Shown: one piece after another, positions 39,288 through 47,645 of the stretch | Layout of the letters: every line of letters begins with the position of its first letter | Numbering within the stretch: the first letter of the stretch is position 1 | From: Candidatus Poribacteria bacterium | GTDB taxonomy: Bacteria; Poribacteria; WGA-4E; GCA-2687025 | DNA: 64,000 nt | Reading direction: 5' to 3' | Assembly: GCA_963665845.2 (NCBI GenBank) | Contig: OY762492.1 | Coordinates: forward strand, 160,001-224,000 | Program-made: the position numbers and the translations under genes | Notes under the pieces: generated by a model | Told to the model about the DNA's origin: nothing | Database searches by the model: none | What the model saw: only the letters and a program-made list of their open reading frames with translations

Positions 39288-39316
39288 TTGCAGCTTGCTC
39301 ATTTACGGGTTATACT
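39288..39316 (+). promoter_or_regulatory. Sigma70 promoter of the rpsF operon
   Basis: TTGCAG-17 nt-TATACT, ending just before the leader RNA. Confidence 0.65.
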
Positions 39317-39323
39317 ATATGCG

Positions 39324-39393
39324 CCCTGCTCTTGGGCGGCGAATCGATTTGACAGACGCGCCAAATGTCCCAAGGGCCAATTGACCGAAGGGA
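39324..39393 (+). ncRNA. S6:S18 ribosomal protein leader (cis-regulatory RNA)
   Basis: Outer pairing CCCT/AGGG and inner stem GCTCTTGGG/CCCAAGGGC. The unpaired CCG directly before AAGGGA matches the conserved CCR internal loop of rpsF leaders. Confidence 0.7.
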
Positions 39394-39405
39394 TGGAGCG
39401 CGAGG

Positions 39406-39879
39406 ATGAATCAAGCATCCGCAAAAACATACGAAACGACATTTATCATGCGTCCGGCGTTGAGCGACCTTGAGGTGGATGAGATGGTCGCCTCCGTGAA
39501 GCAGCTCCTGGAAGAAAACGGCTGCGAAGTGCTGAAAGCGGACCTGTGGGGGCGGCGCAAGCTCGCCTACCGAATCGGACGCGACTACGACGGCGTGTAC
39601 GCGTTCATGGTGTTCCGCGGACCGAAAGAAGCGGTACCGGTACTGGAGCGCCAATTTCAGATCAATGAAAACGCGCTCCGCTATCTGACGGTGCGGTGCG
39701 AAGTACCTGTTGAAGAGATCGCCGTGCGCCTGGACGACCGGCCCGCGAGCGACCGATCCCGCCGAAACCGACCGCCCCGATCCGACTACCGACCGGTAAG
39801 CGCCTTGGGACGCGACGACGACGCGGAAGATGTGAACGAGGACGAAAACGGCGACGAGGACGATTCAACCGAAGAATAG
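39406..39879 (+). CDS. rpsF: 30S ribosomal protein S6 with acidic C-terminal extension
   Basis: YETTFIMRP, WGRRKLAYRI and LRYLTVR motifs. Confidence 0.95.
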   Translation: MNQASAKTYETTFIMRPALSDLEVDEMVASVKQLLEENGCEVLKADLWGRRKLAYRIGRDYDGVYAFMVFRGPKEAVPVLERQFQINENALRYLTVRCEVPVEEIAVRLDDRPASDRSRRNRPPRSDYRPVSALGRDDDAEDVNEDENGDEDDSTEE

Positions 39880-39887
39880 AGAGGATT

Positions 39888-40382
39888 ATGGCTGCTGAAT
39901 TCAACAAAGTGATCATGTTAGGTCGGCTGACGCAGGATCCAGAGTTGCGGCATCTTGACAGCGGAACGGCTGTTTCAACGCTTCGATTGGCTTCCGGCAC
40001 GAGTTACACCACGCGGGATGGCGAGCGCAAAGAAGATACCTGCTTCATAGACGTGTCTGTCTGGGATCGGTTGGCAGAAAATTGTTGCCAGTATCTCGGC
40101 AAAGGCAGTCAGGTGCTTGTGGAAGGATCGTTGCAGTACAATCAATGGGAGACGGAGGCTGGCGAGAAACGTTCAACGTACCGTATTCGAGCCCGCACGG
40201 TTCAGTTTCTCGGTTCGCCGCGCGACAGGGAAGGCGGCGGCTTCGCCAAAGAAGAGGGCGAAGGCGGCTACACGCGCTCCGGACCCAGCTTTGACCGCCC
40301 GAGCGGCGGCGGCGGACACAGCATCGGCGGCAACCAGTCGGAACCGTCTGACGAACCGATTGACGACGACATCCCGTTCTAA
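39888..40382 (+). CDS. ssb: Single-stranded DNA-binding protein (canonical)
   Basis: NKVIMLGRL.QDPELR, KGSQVLVEG.L, a Gly-rich linker and a DDDIPF tail. Confidence 0.95.
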   Translation: MAAEFNKVIMLGRLTQDPELRHLDSGTAVSTLRLASGTSYTTRDGERKEDTCFIDVSVWDRLAENCCQYLGKGSQVLVEGSLQYNQWETEAGEKRSTYRIRARTVQFLGSPRDREGGGFAKEEGEGGYTRSGPSFDRPSGGGGHSIGGNQSEPSDEPIDDDIPF

Positions 40383-40427
40383 CAGCGGCGGAAACACAGG
40401 ACCTCAACCAACGGCGAAAGAGAAACC

Positions 40428-40877
40428 ATGGCGGCTGAATACAACCGAGTGATCATGCTGGGCAACCTTACATGGGACCCTGAGCTGAAGCATTTGGACA
40501 ACGGGACGCCCGTCACGACTCTAGGGTTGGCTTCAAACAGAACCTATACGGCAGGCGATGGCGAACGGCGCGAAGAGGTGTGCTATATTAATGTCACGGT
40601 TTGGGGTCGGTTTGCAGAGATCTGCTGTGAGTATCTCAGGACAGGGAGTCAGGTGTTGGTTGAGGGGCGGCTGAAATTTGACCGGTGGGAAGATGAAGAG
40701 GGCAATCCACGCTCGAAGCATGAAATCGTCGCCAACACGGTTCAATTTCTCGGCTCTCCGCGCGGCAGGGATGACGTTGTCATTGAAGAGGGGACGGACT
40801 ATTCTGTTCGTTCAAAAAGAGGCGGCAACCAGTCGGAACCGTCTGACGAACCGATCGACGACGACATCCCGTTTTAG
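40428..40877 (+). CDS. ssb: Second single-stranded DNA-binding protein
   Basis: NRVIMLGNL..DPELK, GSQVLVEGRL, a shorter linker and a DDDIPF tail. Confidence 0.93.
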   Translation: MAAEYNRVIMLGNLTWDPELKHLDNGTPVTTLGLASNRTYTAGDGERREEVCYINVTVWGRFAEICCEYLRTGSQVLVEGRLKFDRWEDEEGNPRSKHEIVANTVQFLGSPRGRDDVVIEEGTDYSVRSKRGGNQSEPSDEPIDDDIPF

Positions 40878-40904
40878 TTGGACGCGGGCGGCAGGGGATA
40901 AACG

Positions 40905-41762
40905 ATGCGGCAACTCAACAAAGTGATCTTGTTAGGGCGTTTGGCGGAAGCGCCCGTTTCGACCCGCTTGCAGTTCGGCAGGCAGATCGAAACGCGGACG
41001 CTTTCCGGCAGGAGCAGCAAGTTTCCGACGCCGCCGCATCTTGAAAACGGAACGCCCCTTGCCGCTTTCCGCTTGAACTCCAGACGCAGTTACATCAACC
41101 GCAGCGGCGAACGGCGCGTTGAGCGGTGCGACATTGACGTTCTTGCGCATGGCGGAACGGCGGAGGTGTGCTGCCAGTATCTGAACCGAGGCATGCAGGC
41201 GCTCGTGGAGGGTCGGCTGGCATATCATCAGTGGCGGTCGGAAACGGGCGAGACCCGCTCCAAGCATTGCCTCGTCGCGCGGTCGGTGCAGCATCTGGGC
41301 TGGCCGGACGGCGGCGGCGCGCAGGAGCTGGCGCCCGAATTCAACAACGCGACGCTGCTCGGCAACCTCGCCAAAGACCCGGCGCTTTACAGCGTCGGCG
41401 ACGGCATACCGATGGCGCTGCTGCGGCTGGTTTCGAGCAGGGATTACAACACCCCGTCCGGCGAGCGCGTCGAGACGGTCTGTTATATCGATGTGAAGGT
41501 GTGGAACCGCAGCGCCGAGATGTGCTGCAAGTATCTCAAGAAGGGTCAGCAGGTTCTGGTTGAGGGAACTTTACAGTACGACGCATGGGAAGGGCTGAAA
41601 AAGGATCGAGAGCCGCGGCATCGGATGAACGCGCGCGCCGTCCAATTTTTGGATGTCAAACGCCCCGAACAGATACAGCGGGTCGCCGAAGAACGGGAGG
41701 CGGAAATCTACTTTATGCAGGAGAATCTGGCGGGGGAGCTTTACGAGAGCGCCGTTGAATAA
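40905..41762 (+). CDS. Tandem double-OB-fold SSB-like protein lacking the acidic tail
   Basis: Two SSB OB folds (NKVILLGRL...ALVEGRL...VQHL and NNATLLGNL.KDP...VLVEGTL...VQFL); ends in ELYESAVE. Confidence 0.88.
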   Translation: MRQLNKVILLGRLAEAPVSTRLQFGRQIETRTLSGRSSKFPTPPHLENGTPLAAFRLNSRRSYINRSGERRVERCDIDVLAHGGTAEVCCQYLNRGMQALVEGRLAYHQWRSETGETRSKHCLVARSVQHLGWPDGGGAQELAPEFNNATLLGNLAKDPALYSVGDGIPMALLRLVSSRDYNTPSGERVETVCYIDVKVWNRSAEMCCKYLKKGQQVLVEGTLQYDAWEGLKKDREPRHRMNARAVQFLDVKRPEQIQRVAEEREAEIYFMQENLAGELYESAVE

Positions 41763-42110
41763 GATTCCCGCGCGTTTTACCGCAAGGGCGGACGCCGAAC
41801 ATTCCCCCTTGAAAAGGGGACGCCGAACATTCCCCCTTGAAAAGGGGGGTTAGGGGGGTTTTCGGGCGGGATGATGGTTTCTGCAGGGACTCTGGATTCC
41901 CGCTTACGCGGGAATGACGAGGGGCGCGGCGCGGGAATGACAGGGCGCCGAACATTCCCCCTTGAAAAGGGGGGTTAGGGAGTTTAAAGAGCGGAAGCAG
42001 CGGTGGCGGCGGCTAAGATTCCCGCTTACGCGGGAATGACGAGGGGCGCGGCGCGGGAATGCATGCCCTCGCGGGCATGTCCTCGTGAAAACGGGGAAGC
42101 GGGGGACGAT
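41763..42110 (-). repeat. Large composite repeat mosaic at the usual rpsR position
   Basis: Family B copies at about 41801, 41829 and 41954. An exact 45-bp direct repeat containing family A lies at 41895..41939 and 42017..42061, followed by a TGTCCTCGTGAAAACGGGGA module. Confidence 0.9.
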
Positions 42111-42193
42111 GGAAGACGGAGCCGCCATCTGACCGTCATGACGATATAATAACTGAAGGCGACGATCCATTTTTTGACGAATCGAGGAGCGAC

Positions 42194-42757
42194 ATGGCGC
42201 ATATTCATGTGATACTGACCGAAAGCTTGCGGGGCGTCGGCCGCGTGGGCGAGGTGGTGCGCGTGGCGGCGGGCTACGCGCGAAACTATCTGATACCGCG
42301 CGGATACGCCGAACATGCCACCGAGGCGAACCGTCGGCGGCTGAACGGACAGCTGCGCGCTAAAAAAGTGGCGGAAGCGAAACAATTTGACGAAGCGACC
42401 GCGCTTGCCGCCGAAATCGAAGGGCTTGAGCTGCAGGTGGTGCGCAGCGCCGGCGACAGCGGACGCCTGTTCGGCTCCGTAACAACAAACGATGTGGCCG
42501 ATGCGCTGGCGGACCGCGGCTATCCGTTCACGCGGCGGCAGGTGATTCTCCCGCAGCCGATACGCGAAATCGGCTCTTACGAGGTGGAGTTGCAACTGCA
42601 TCCGCAGGTGAGCGTTCCGCTTCCGTTGACGGTGCTTTCCACTTCAGACCTGCGCGGCGAGGAGACGGAAGAGGCGGAAGATGTTGAAGAAGCGGCGGAA
42701 AATGAACCGGCAGAAGAGGCGCATGCGGAAGAAACCGCGGAAGACGCTGAAGCGTAA
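42194..42757 (+). CDS. rplI: 50S ribosomal protein L9
   Basis: GEVVRVAAGYARNYLIP, GRLFGSVT and LHPQV motifs; acidic tail; GAGGAG RBS. Confidence 0.95.
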   Translation: MAHIHVILTESLRGVGRVGEVVRVAAGYARNYLIPRGYAEHATEANRRRLNGQLRAKKVAEAKQFDEATALAAEIEGLELQVVRSAGDSGRLFGSVTTNDVADALADRGYPFTRRQVILPQPIREIGSYEVELQLHPQVSVPLPLTVLSTSDLRGEETEEAEDVEEAAENEPAEEAHAEETAEDAEA

Positions 42758-42803
42758 AAACCGCCCGCAAGAGGCAAGCCGATATTTAGGGAGATGAGAG
42801 TCG

Positions 42804-44162
42804 GTGGCGGATGTCAGCCCGCATGATCTTGACGCTGAACGGCATGTTCTAGGCGCTTTTTTGGTTGACCAGGACGCGGTGCATCTCGCCGCCTCCATTC
42901 TGGGCGAGCAGACGACCGTCTTTTTCAAAGCCTCCCATCAGCTGATCTACGCCGCCGCGCTGCGCTTGGCGAACAAGGGCGACCCGCTTGACCTGTATAC
43001 GATCACCGACAGCCTGAAACGCGCCGGCGACCTTGAAAAGATTGGCGGCGTCCGCGCCCTCTACGACATTCAGGAAGGCGTCCCGACCGCCGCGAATATC
43101 GAGTATTACGCAAACATCGTGCGCGAAATGGCGACGCGGCGCGAACTGATACAGGCGGGGGCAGAAATCGTCTCCCGCGCTGGACGCATTGAGGTGGAAC
43201 TTGACGAGACGCTAGACCAGGCGGAGAGCAGCTTGTTTGGCATCTACCGAGGCGAAACGAACGGATTTATCGACATTGACCAGTCGCTGCTGGAAGCGAC
43301 TGAACGCATAAATCGTCTTTATAATCAATCCTCAAAACTGATCGGCATTCCAACCGGCTTTCCGGAGCTAGACCAGACCATTTACGGACTGAACCGTTCC
43401 GACCTGATCATCGTCGCCGCGCGCCCAGGCATGGGCAAAAGCTCCTTCGCCCACAACCTCGCGTTGAACGTGTCGCTTCTGCAGACGGAAGAGGAGGAGC
43501 CGCCGGCGGTCGCCTTTTTCACAACCGAAATGCCGGCTGATCAGATTGTCATGCGCATGCTGTCGACCGTTGGAGAAATTGATATGTCGCGCATCCGCAT
43601 GGGCAAAATTGAACACGACGAAATGAAACGCATCAGCGAAGCGGCGCAGGAGATCGAACGGGGGCAGATCTACATCAACAACGCTCCCAGCTTGACGCTC
43701 ATGGACATCCGCTCGGAGAGCAGGCGTCTCAAGATACGGCGGCCGAATCTTGGGCTTATCATCGTGGATTATCTCCAGCAACTGACATCCGGCAGCCGCC
43801 AGTATCAGAGCCGCGAGCAGGAGATTTCGGAATACTCCCGCTCCTTGAAAAGCCTGGCGCGCGAGCTGGATGTTCCCGTACTCGCGCTCTCCCAGCTGAA
43901 CCGGGGCGTCGAGAGCCGGCCGGACAAGCGCCCGCAGCTCGCCGACCTGCGCGAATCGGGCGCCATCGAACAGGACGCCGACATCGTTCTGTTCTTATAC
44001 CGCGACGACTACTACAACCCAGAAGACTCGGACACGCCTGGAGAGGTGGAAGTGATTGTGCGAAAGCACCGCAACGGACCGATCGGAACGGCGAACCTTG
44101 CGTTTGACAGCGCATCGCTGCGTTTCTCTCCGCTCGAATACAGCGATACGGCGTTTGAATGA
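42804..44162 (+). CDS. dnaB: Replicative DNA helicase
   Basis: AARPGMGKS, IVDYLQ, LSQLNR, DLRESGAIEQDAD and KHRNGP motifs; no intein. Confidence 0.96.
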   Translation: MADVSPHDLDAERHVLGAFLVDQDAVHLAASILGEQTTVFFKASHQLIYAAALRLANKGDPLDLYTITDSLKRAGDLEKIGGVRALYDIQEGVPTAANIEYYANIVREMATRRELIQAGAEIVSRAGRIEVELDETLDQAESSLFGIYRGETNGFIDIDQSLLEATERINRLYNQSSKLIGIPTGFPELDQTIYGLNRSDLIIVAARPGMGKSSFAHNLALNVSLLQTEEEEPPAVAFFTTEMPADQIVMRMLSTVGEIDMSRIRMGKIEHDEMKRISEAAQEIERGQIYINNAPSLTLMDIRSESRRLKIRRPNLGLIIVDYLQQLTSGSRQYQSREQEISEYSRSLKSLARELDVPVLALSQLNRGVESRPDKRPQLADLRESGAIEQDADIVLFLYRDDYYNPEDSDTPGEVEVIVRKHRNGPIGTANLAFDSASLRFSPLEYSDTAFE

Positions 44163-45013
44163 TTGCGGGCTTTCTTCGGCGGGTCGGCAAGGCGGGACGC
44201 GCGTTCGGCTCGCAGACAGGTTCCCGCGCCTCCTCCTATCTGCGCCATATCGGAGCATGCGCGTCGCTGCTGGCAATGACAGCGCGCTGCCTCTTCGCCC
44301 GCCCCTTTTTCTTTTCAAACCTCATCGCGCAGATGGCGAAGGTCGGGGTCGAGTCGCTCCCGGTCGTCGCGGTGAACGGCGCCTTCATCGGAATGGTGCT
44401 GGCGCTGCAGGGGTATGAACAGCTGAAGCTGCTCGGAACGGAGGGGCTTCTCGGCTCCTTTGTCAGCACCGCCGCCATCAAGGAGCTGGGCGTTATGTTG
44501 ACAGCGTTCGTCCTGTCGGGGCGGATTGGCGCGTCCATCACGGCGGAGCTGGGATCCATGAAGGTTACGGAGCAGATCGACGCGATAGAAGCGATGGGCG
44601 CGAATCCTGTGCAGTATCTTGTGGTGCCGCGCTTCATCGCCTGCCTGCTGATGCTGCCGGTTTTAGCCGTCTTTGCGAATATGATTGTGGTGGTCGGCGG
44701 TTATTTTTTCGCCACCTCCGTTCTGTCGGGAGCCGGCGGAGCGAGCGGCGTCAGCGGCGAGCATTTTTGGGATATGGTGCAGTCCTCGCGCAGTTTTATG
44801 GTGAAGGATGTGTACACCAGCCTTTTTAAAGGCGCCACCTTTGGCGTCATCATTGCGACGATCGGCTGTTATATGGGCTTTTCGGCGCCTGCCGCTTCAG
44901 GCGCGGAGGGCGTCGGAAGGGCGACCACTTCAAGCGCGGTTCTGTCGCTCGTGCTGATTCTGATTGCCGACTTTCTGATAGAATACACGTTCGGACAGGT
45001 TCTGGGCTTCTGA
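44159..45013 (+). CDS. mlaE: MCE-system ABC permease
   Basis: GRIGASITAELGSMKVTEQIDA...P..YLVVPR and GAEGVGRATT motifs. Confidence 0.93.
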   Translation: MIAGFLRRVGKAGRAFGSQTGSRASSYLRHIGACASLLAMTARCLFARPFFFSNLIAQMAKVGVESLPVVAVNGAFIGMVLALQGYEQLKLLGTEGLLGSFVSTAAIKELGVMLTAFVLSGRIGASITAELGSMKVTEQIDAIEAMGANPVQYLVVPRFIACLLMLPVLAVFANMIVVVGGYFFATSVLSGAGGASGVSGEHFWDMVQSSRSFMVKDVYTSLFKGATFGVIIATIGCYMGFSAPAASGAEGVGRATTSSAVLSLVLILIADFLIEYTFGQVLGF

Positions 45014-45015
45014 CA

Positions 45016-45822
45016 ATGGCAGGTTTTGAAAATCCGATGGCGCGCATTGAGGAGGTACATAAGAGCCTCGGCGGCAAGGAGGTGCTGCGCGGCATCAACC
45101 TAGAAATACCGCGCAGCGAAACGACCGTCATCATGGGACCGAGCGGATGCGGCAAGAGCGTTCTGCTAAAACATATCATCGGCCTTATGCGCCCCGATTC
45201 GGGGCGCGTATGGGTTGACGGGCAGGAAGCGTCCGCCATGAACCTGCGCGAATTGAACCGCCTGCGCCAGAAAATGGGTACGCTGTTCCAGAGCGCCGCC
45301 CTGTTCGATTCTATGACCGTCGCTGAAAATGTATCGTTTATGCTGCGCCAGCACCGCTCCATGACGCGCGCCGAGATCGCTTCGGAAGTGGGGAAAGCGC
45401 TGGAGATGGTCGATCTGGCAGGGGCTGAAAAATTGAAACCTGGCGAGTTGAGCGGCGGGATGCGCAAGCGGGTCGGACTGGCGCGCGCCGTTGTCATGCG
45501 CCCGACGCTCATCTTATACGACGAACCGACGACCGGCTTGGACCCGATCACGGCGCGCGGCATCAACAATATGATTAAAGACATGCATGAGCGGCTGGGC
45601 GCCACCTCCATCGTGGTGACGCACGATGTGGAAAGCGCGTTGAGCGTCGGCGGATATTTTGCGTTAACGGAGAACGGCAAGATTGTCATGGAAGGTTCCC
45701 CGCGCGAGGCGCTGCGTTCCGATCATCCGCTCGCGCTGCAGTTTTTTCATCCTGATCAATACGCCGCCGCGCTGCAAAACGGAAGCGGCGGAGGCGAATC
45801 GACATCGGCGGAGGGGCAATGA
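45016..45822 (+). CDS. mlaF: MCE-system ABC ATP-binding protein
   Basis: GPSGCGKS, FQSAALFDS, LSGGMRKR and YDEPTTGLDP motifs. Confidence 0.92.
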   Translation: MAGFENPMARIEEVHKSLGGKEVLRGINLEIPRSETTVIMGPSGCGKSVLLKHIIGLMRPDSGRVWVDGQEASAMNLRELNRLRQKMGTLFQSAALFDSMTVAENVSFMLRQHRSMTRAEIASEVGKALEMVDLAGAEKLKPGELSGGMRKRVGLARAVVMRPTLILYDEPTTGLDPITARGINNMIKDMHERLGATSIVVTHDVESALSVGGYFALTENGKIVMEGSPREALRSDHPLALQFFHPDQYAAALQNGSGGGESTSAEGQ

Positions 45823-47354
45823 TGCGCCGTTTGGACAACGATCTCAAAGTGGGCGTCATGGTCGTCATCGGCGTCATCCTTCTGGGCATACTGCTGACAA
45901 TGGCGTCCGACTGGTCTCTCGGAACGCCGGGGGAAAAGCTGACGCTGCATTTTCCGCATCTGCAAAACTTAAAGAAAGGCGCCCATACGCAGCTGGCGGG
46001 CGTCGCGGTCGGCAAGGTGACCGATATACGGCTGGACGAGTCCGGCTACGGGGAGGTGACGGTGCGCGTCAAGCCGCCGTTTGAGCTTCGGCAGGGGTTA
46101 AAGGCGGAGCTTCAAACGCTCGGCATCGTCGGCGAAACGATTGTGATGTTGACGAACGGCGATCCGAACGCGCCGCCGCTGGACTGGTCGCAGCCGGTGG
46201 TCGGGACGACCGCGTTTGCGTCCGACATGCTCCCGCGCCTGAACGAGACGATTGATCAACTGAACGCTTTTTTAACGTCCATGCAGCAGGTCGGCTCCGA
46301 CGCGCAGCGCGATCTCCAAAACGCATCCGAGGCGGCGGTTCAATTCATGGGCGATATGTCGAACAAGGCGGACGCGCTTGTCGAAACGACCGACGCCGCG
46401 GCGGGCGAGCTGACGGAGGCGCTGACCGCGTTGGAGGCGTTGGAAAGTTTGCCGCCGCTGGTTCAGCGCGCCCAGTCGCTCTTGGAGCAGGCGGAAAACA
46501 GCGTTGCGGCGCTCTCAACAGGCGCGGACGAAACGCTGAAGGAAGCGTCCGAGGCGTTTCAAGCCTCCCGCGGCGAGCTGGAATCGCTGGCGAAAGATAT
46601 ACGGGCGGCGCTTCGTTCCGCGCAGGCTTCGCTTGACGGGCTTGACGGCGCCGCGAACAGCATTGAGTCGAATGTCGCGCAGACGGCGGACGGGGTTTCA
46701 ACGGCGCTGAAGGAATCGCAAGAGCGCGTGTTTCAGGCGCTGACAAGTCTGGAGGAGAGCGCGGGCGGCATTCAGCGTTTTGCGCAGCGTTTAGACCGCA
46801 TCGCCGCCGACGCGGAAGCCGGCAAAGGCTCCATCGGCCGTCTCTTGACAGACGATACGCTTGCAAAGTCGGCCACCTCGGCGGTGAAACGCATCGACGA
46901 TTTCACCGCGGCGGCGGAGAAGCTGGGCAAGACCGACCTGTCGTTTCTGTCCGGCGGCGCCGAGATCGCTTACCGCGAGGCGTCGCAAAGCCTCCAAAAC
47001 GAAGCGTTTTTGACGATCTACCCTTCGGAGTCGCAGCGGTTCACGGCGGCGCTCGGCTCGCGCGAGTCGAGTCTCATCTATAGTTTGACGCTTGAACAGA
47101 AAGCGGGACCGTTCTGGGGGCGGTTTGGGATCATCGATTCATCGGCGGGCGTTGGAATCGACTGGGAACCGCATGCGCGAACGCTGCTGCGGATTGAAGC
47201 GCTGGACGCCGCAGAAGAGGACGGGTTCCAGCCGCCGCGCCTTGACGCCGAGATCGGATACCTGCTGTGGAAGCGCGGGCGGGTTTTCATCGGCGGCGAG
47301 GATTTAGCGGAGGATCGGCGCGCCGTTTTCTTTGGAGTTCGCGCGCATTATTGA
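45819..47354 (+). CDS. mlaD: Long MlaD/MCE protein (TM, MCE domain, helical region, beta-rich C-terminus)
   Basis: N-terminal TM, an MCE domain (LKKGA...AGVAVGKV...GIVGE), about 250 aa of helical sequence, and amphipathic beta-strands ending in FFGVRAHY. Confidence 0.85.
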   Translation: MMRRLDNDLKVGVMVVIGVILLGILLTMASDWSLGTPGEKLTLHFPHLQNLKKGAHTQLAGVAVGKVTDIRLDESGYGEVTVRVKPPFELRQGLKAELQTLGIVGETIVMLTNGDPNAPPLDWSQPVVGTTAFASDMLPRLNETIDQLNAFLTSMQQVGSDAQRDLQNASEAAVQFMGDMSNKADALVETTDAAAGELTEALTALEALESLPPLVQRAQSLLEQAENSVAALSTGADETLKEASEAFQASRGELESLAKDIRAALRSAQASLDGLDGAANSIESNVAQTADGVSTALKESQERVFQALTSLEESAGGIQRFAQRLDRIAADAEAGKGSIGRLLTDDTLAKSATSAVKRIDDFTAAAEKLGKTDLSFLSGGAEIAYREASQSLQNEAFLTIYPSESQRFTAALGSRESSLIYSLTLEQKAGPFWGRFGIIDSSAGVGIDWEPHARTLLRIEALDAAEEDGFQPPRLDAEIGYLLWKRGRVFIGGEDLAEDRRAVFFGVRAHY

Positions 47355-47400
47355 CGGACTGGTAGTTACGTTCATACGGGGATATTCGCGGCGCCGCATC

Positions 47401-47575
47401 CGATTCCCCCTTGAAAAGGGCGCGCCTCTGATTCCCCCCTTGAAAAGGGCGCGTCCGATTCCCCCTTGAAAAGGGCGCGCCTCTGATTCCCCCTTGAAAA
47501 GGGGGGCTAGGGGGGTTTAAAGAACGGACGCGGCGGCTGCGATACCTTAAGATTCCCGCTTGCGCGGGAATGACG
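47401..47575 (-). repeat. Four tandem family B hairpins plus one family A hairpin
   Basis: GATTCCCCC(C)TTGAAAAGGG at 47402, 47430, 47457 and 47485 with alternating linkers; family A at 47551..47575. Confidence 0.9.
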
Positions 47576-47645
47576 GCCTGGATCGGCGGGCCGTCGCATA
47601 AAAATGAATGTCATCGCCTGTATGTACTGTTGACGGGTTGTTGAG

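Noticed and set aside
41763-42193. Hidden rpsR or another CDS in the gap before rplI
   Set aside because: The region consists of hairpin repeats, and the ORFs there are translations of the repeats with no S18 motifs.
39888-44162. Prophage or plasmid replication module (several ssb genes plus a helicase)
   Set aside because: The genes are embedded between rpsF and rplI with a canonical chromosomal dnaB, and no phage or plasmid genes are nearby.
47401-47520. Tandem ~28-bp palindromic repeats resembling a CRISPR array
   Set aside because: The linkers are only 8-10 nt and are themselves repeated. There are no unique spacers and no cas genes.
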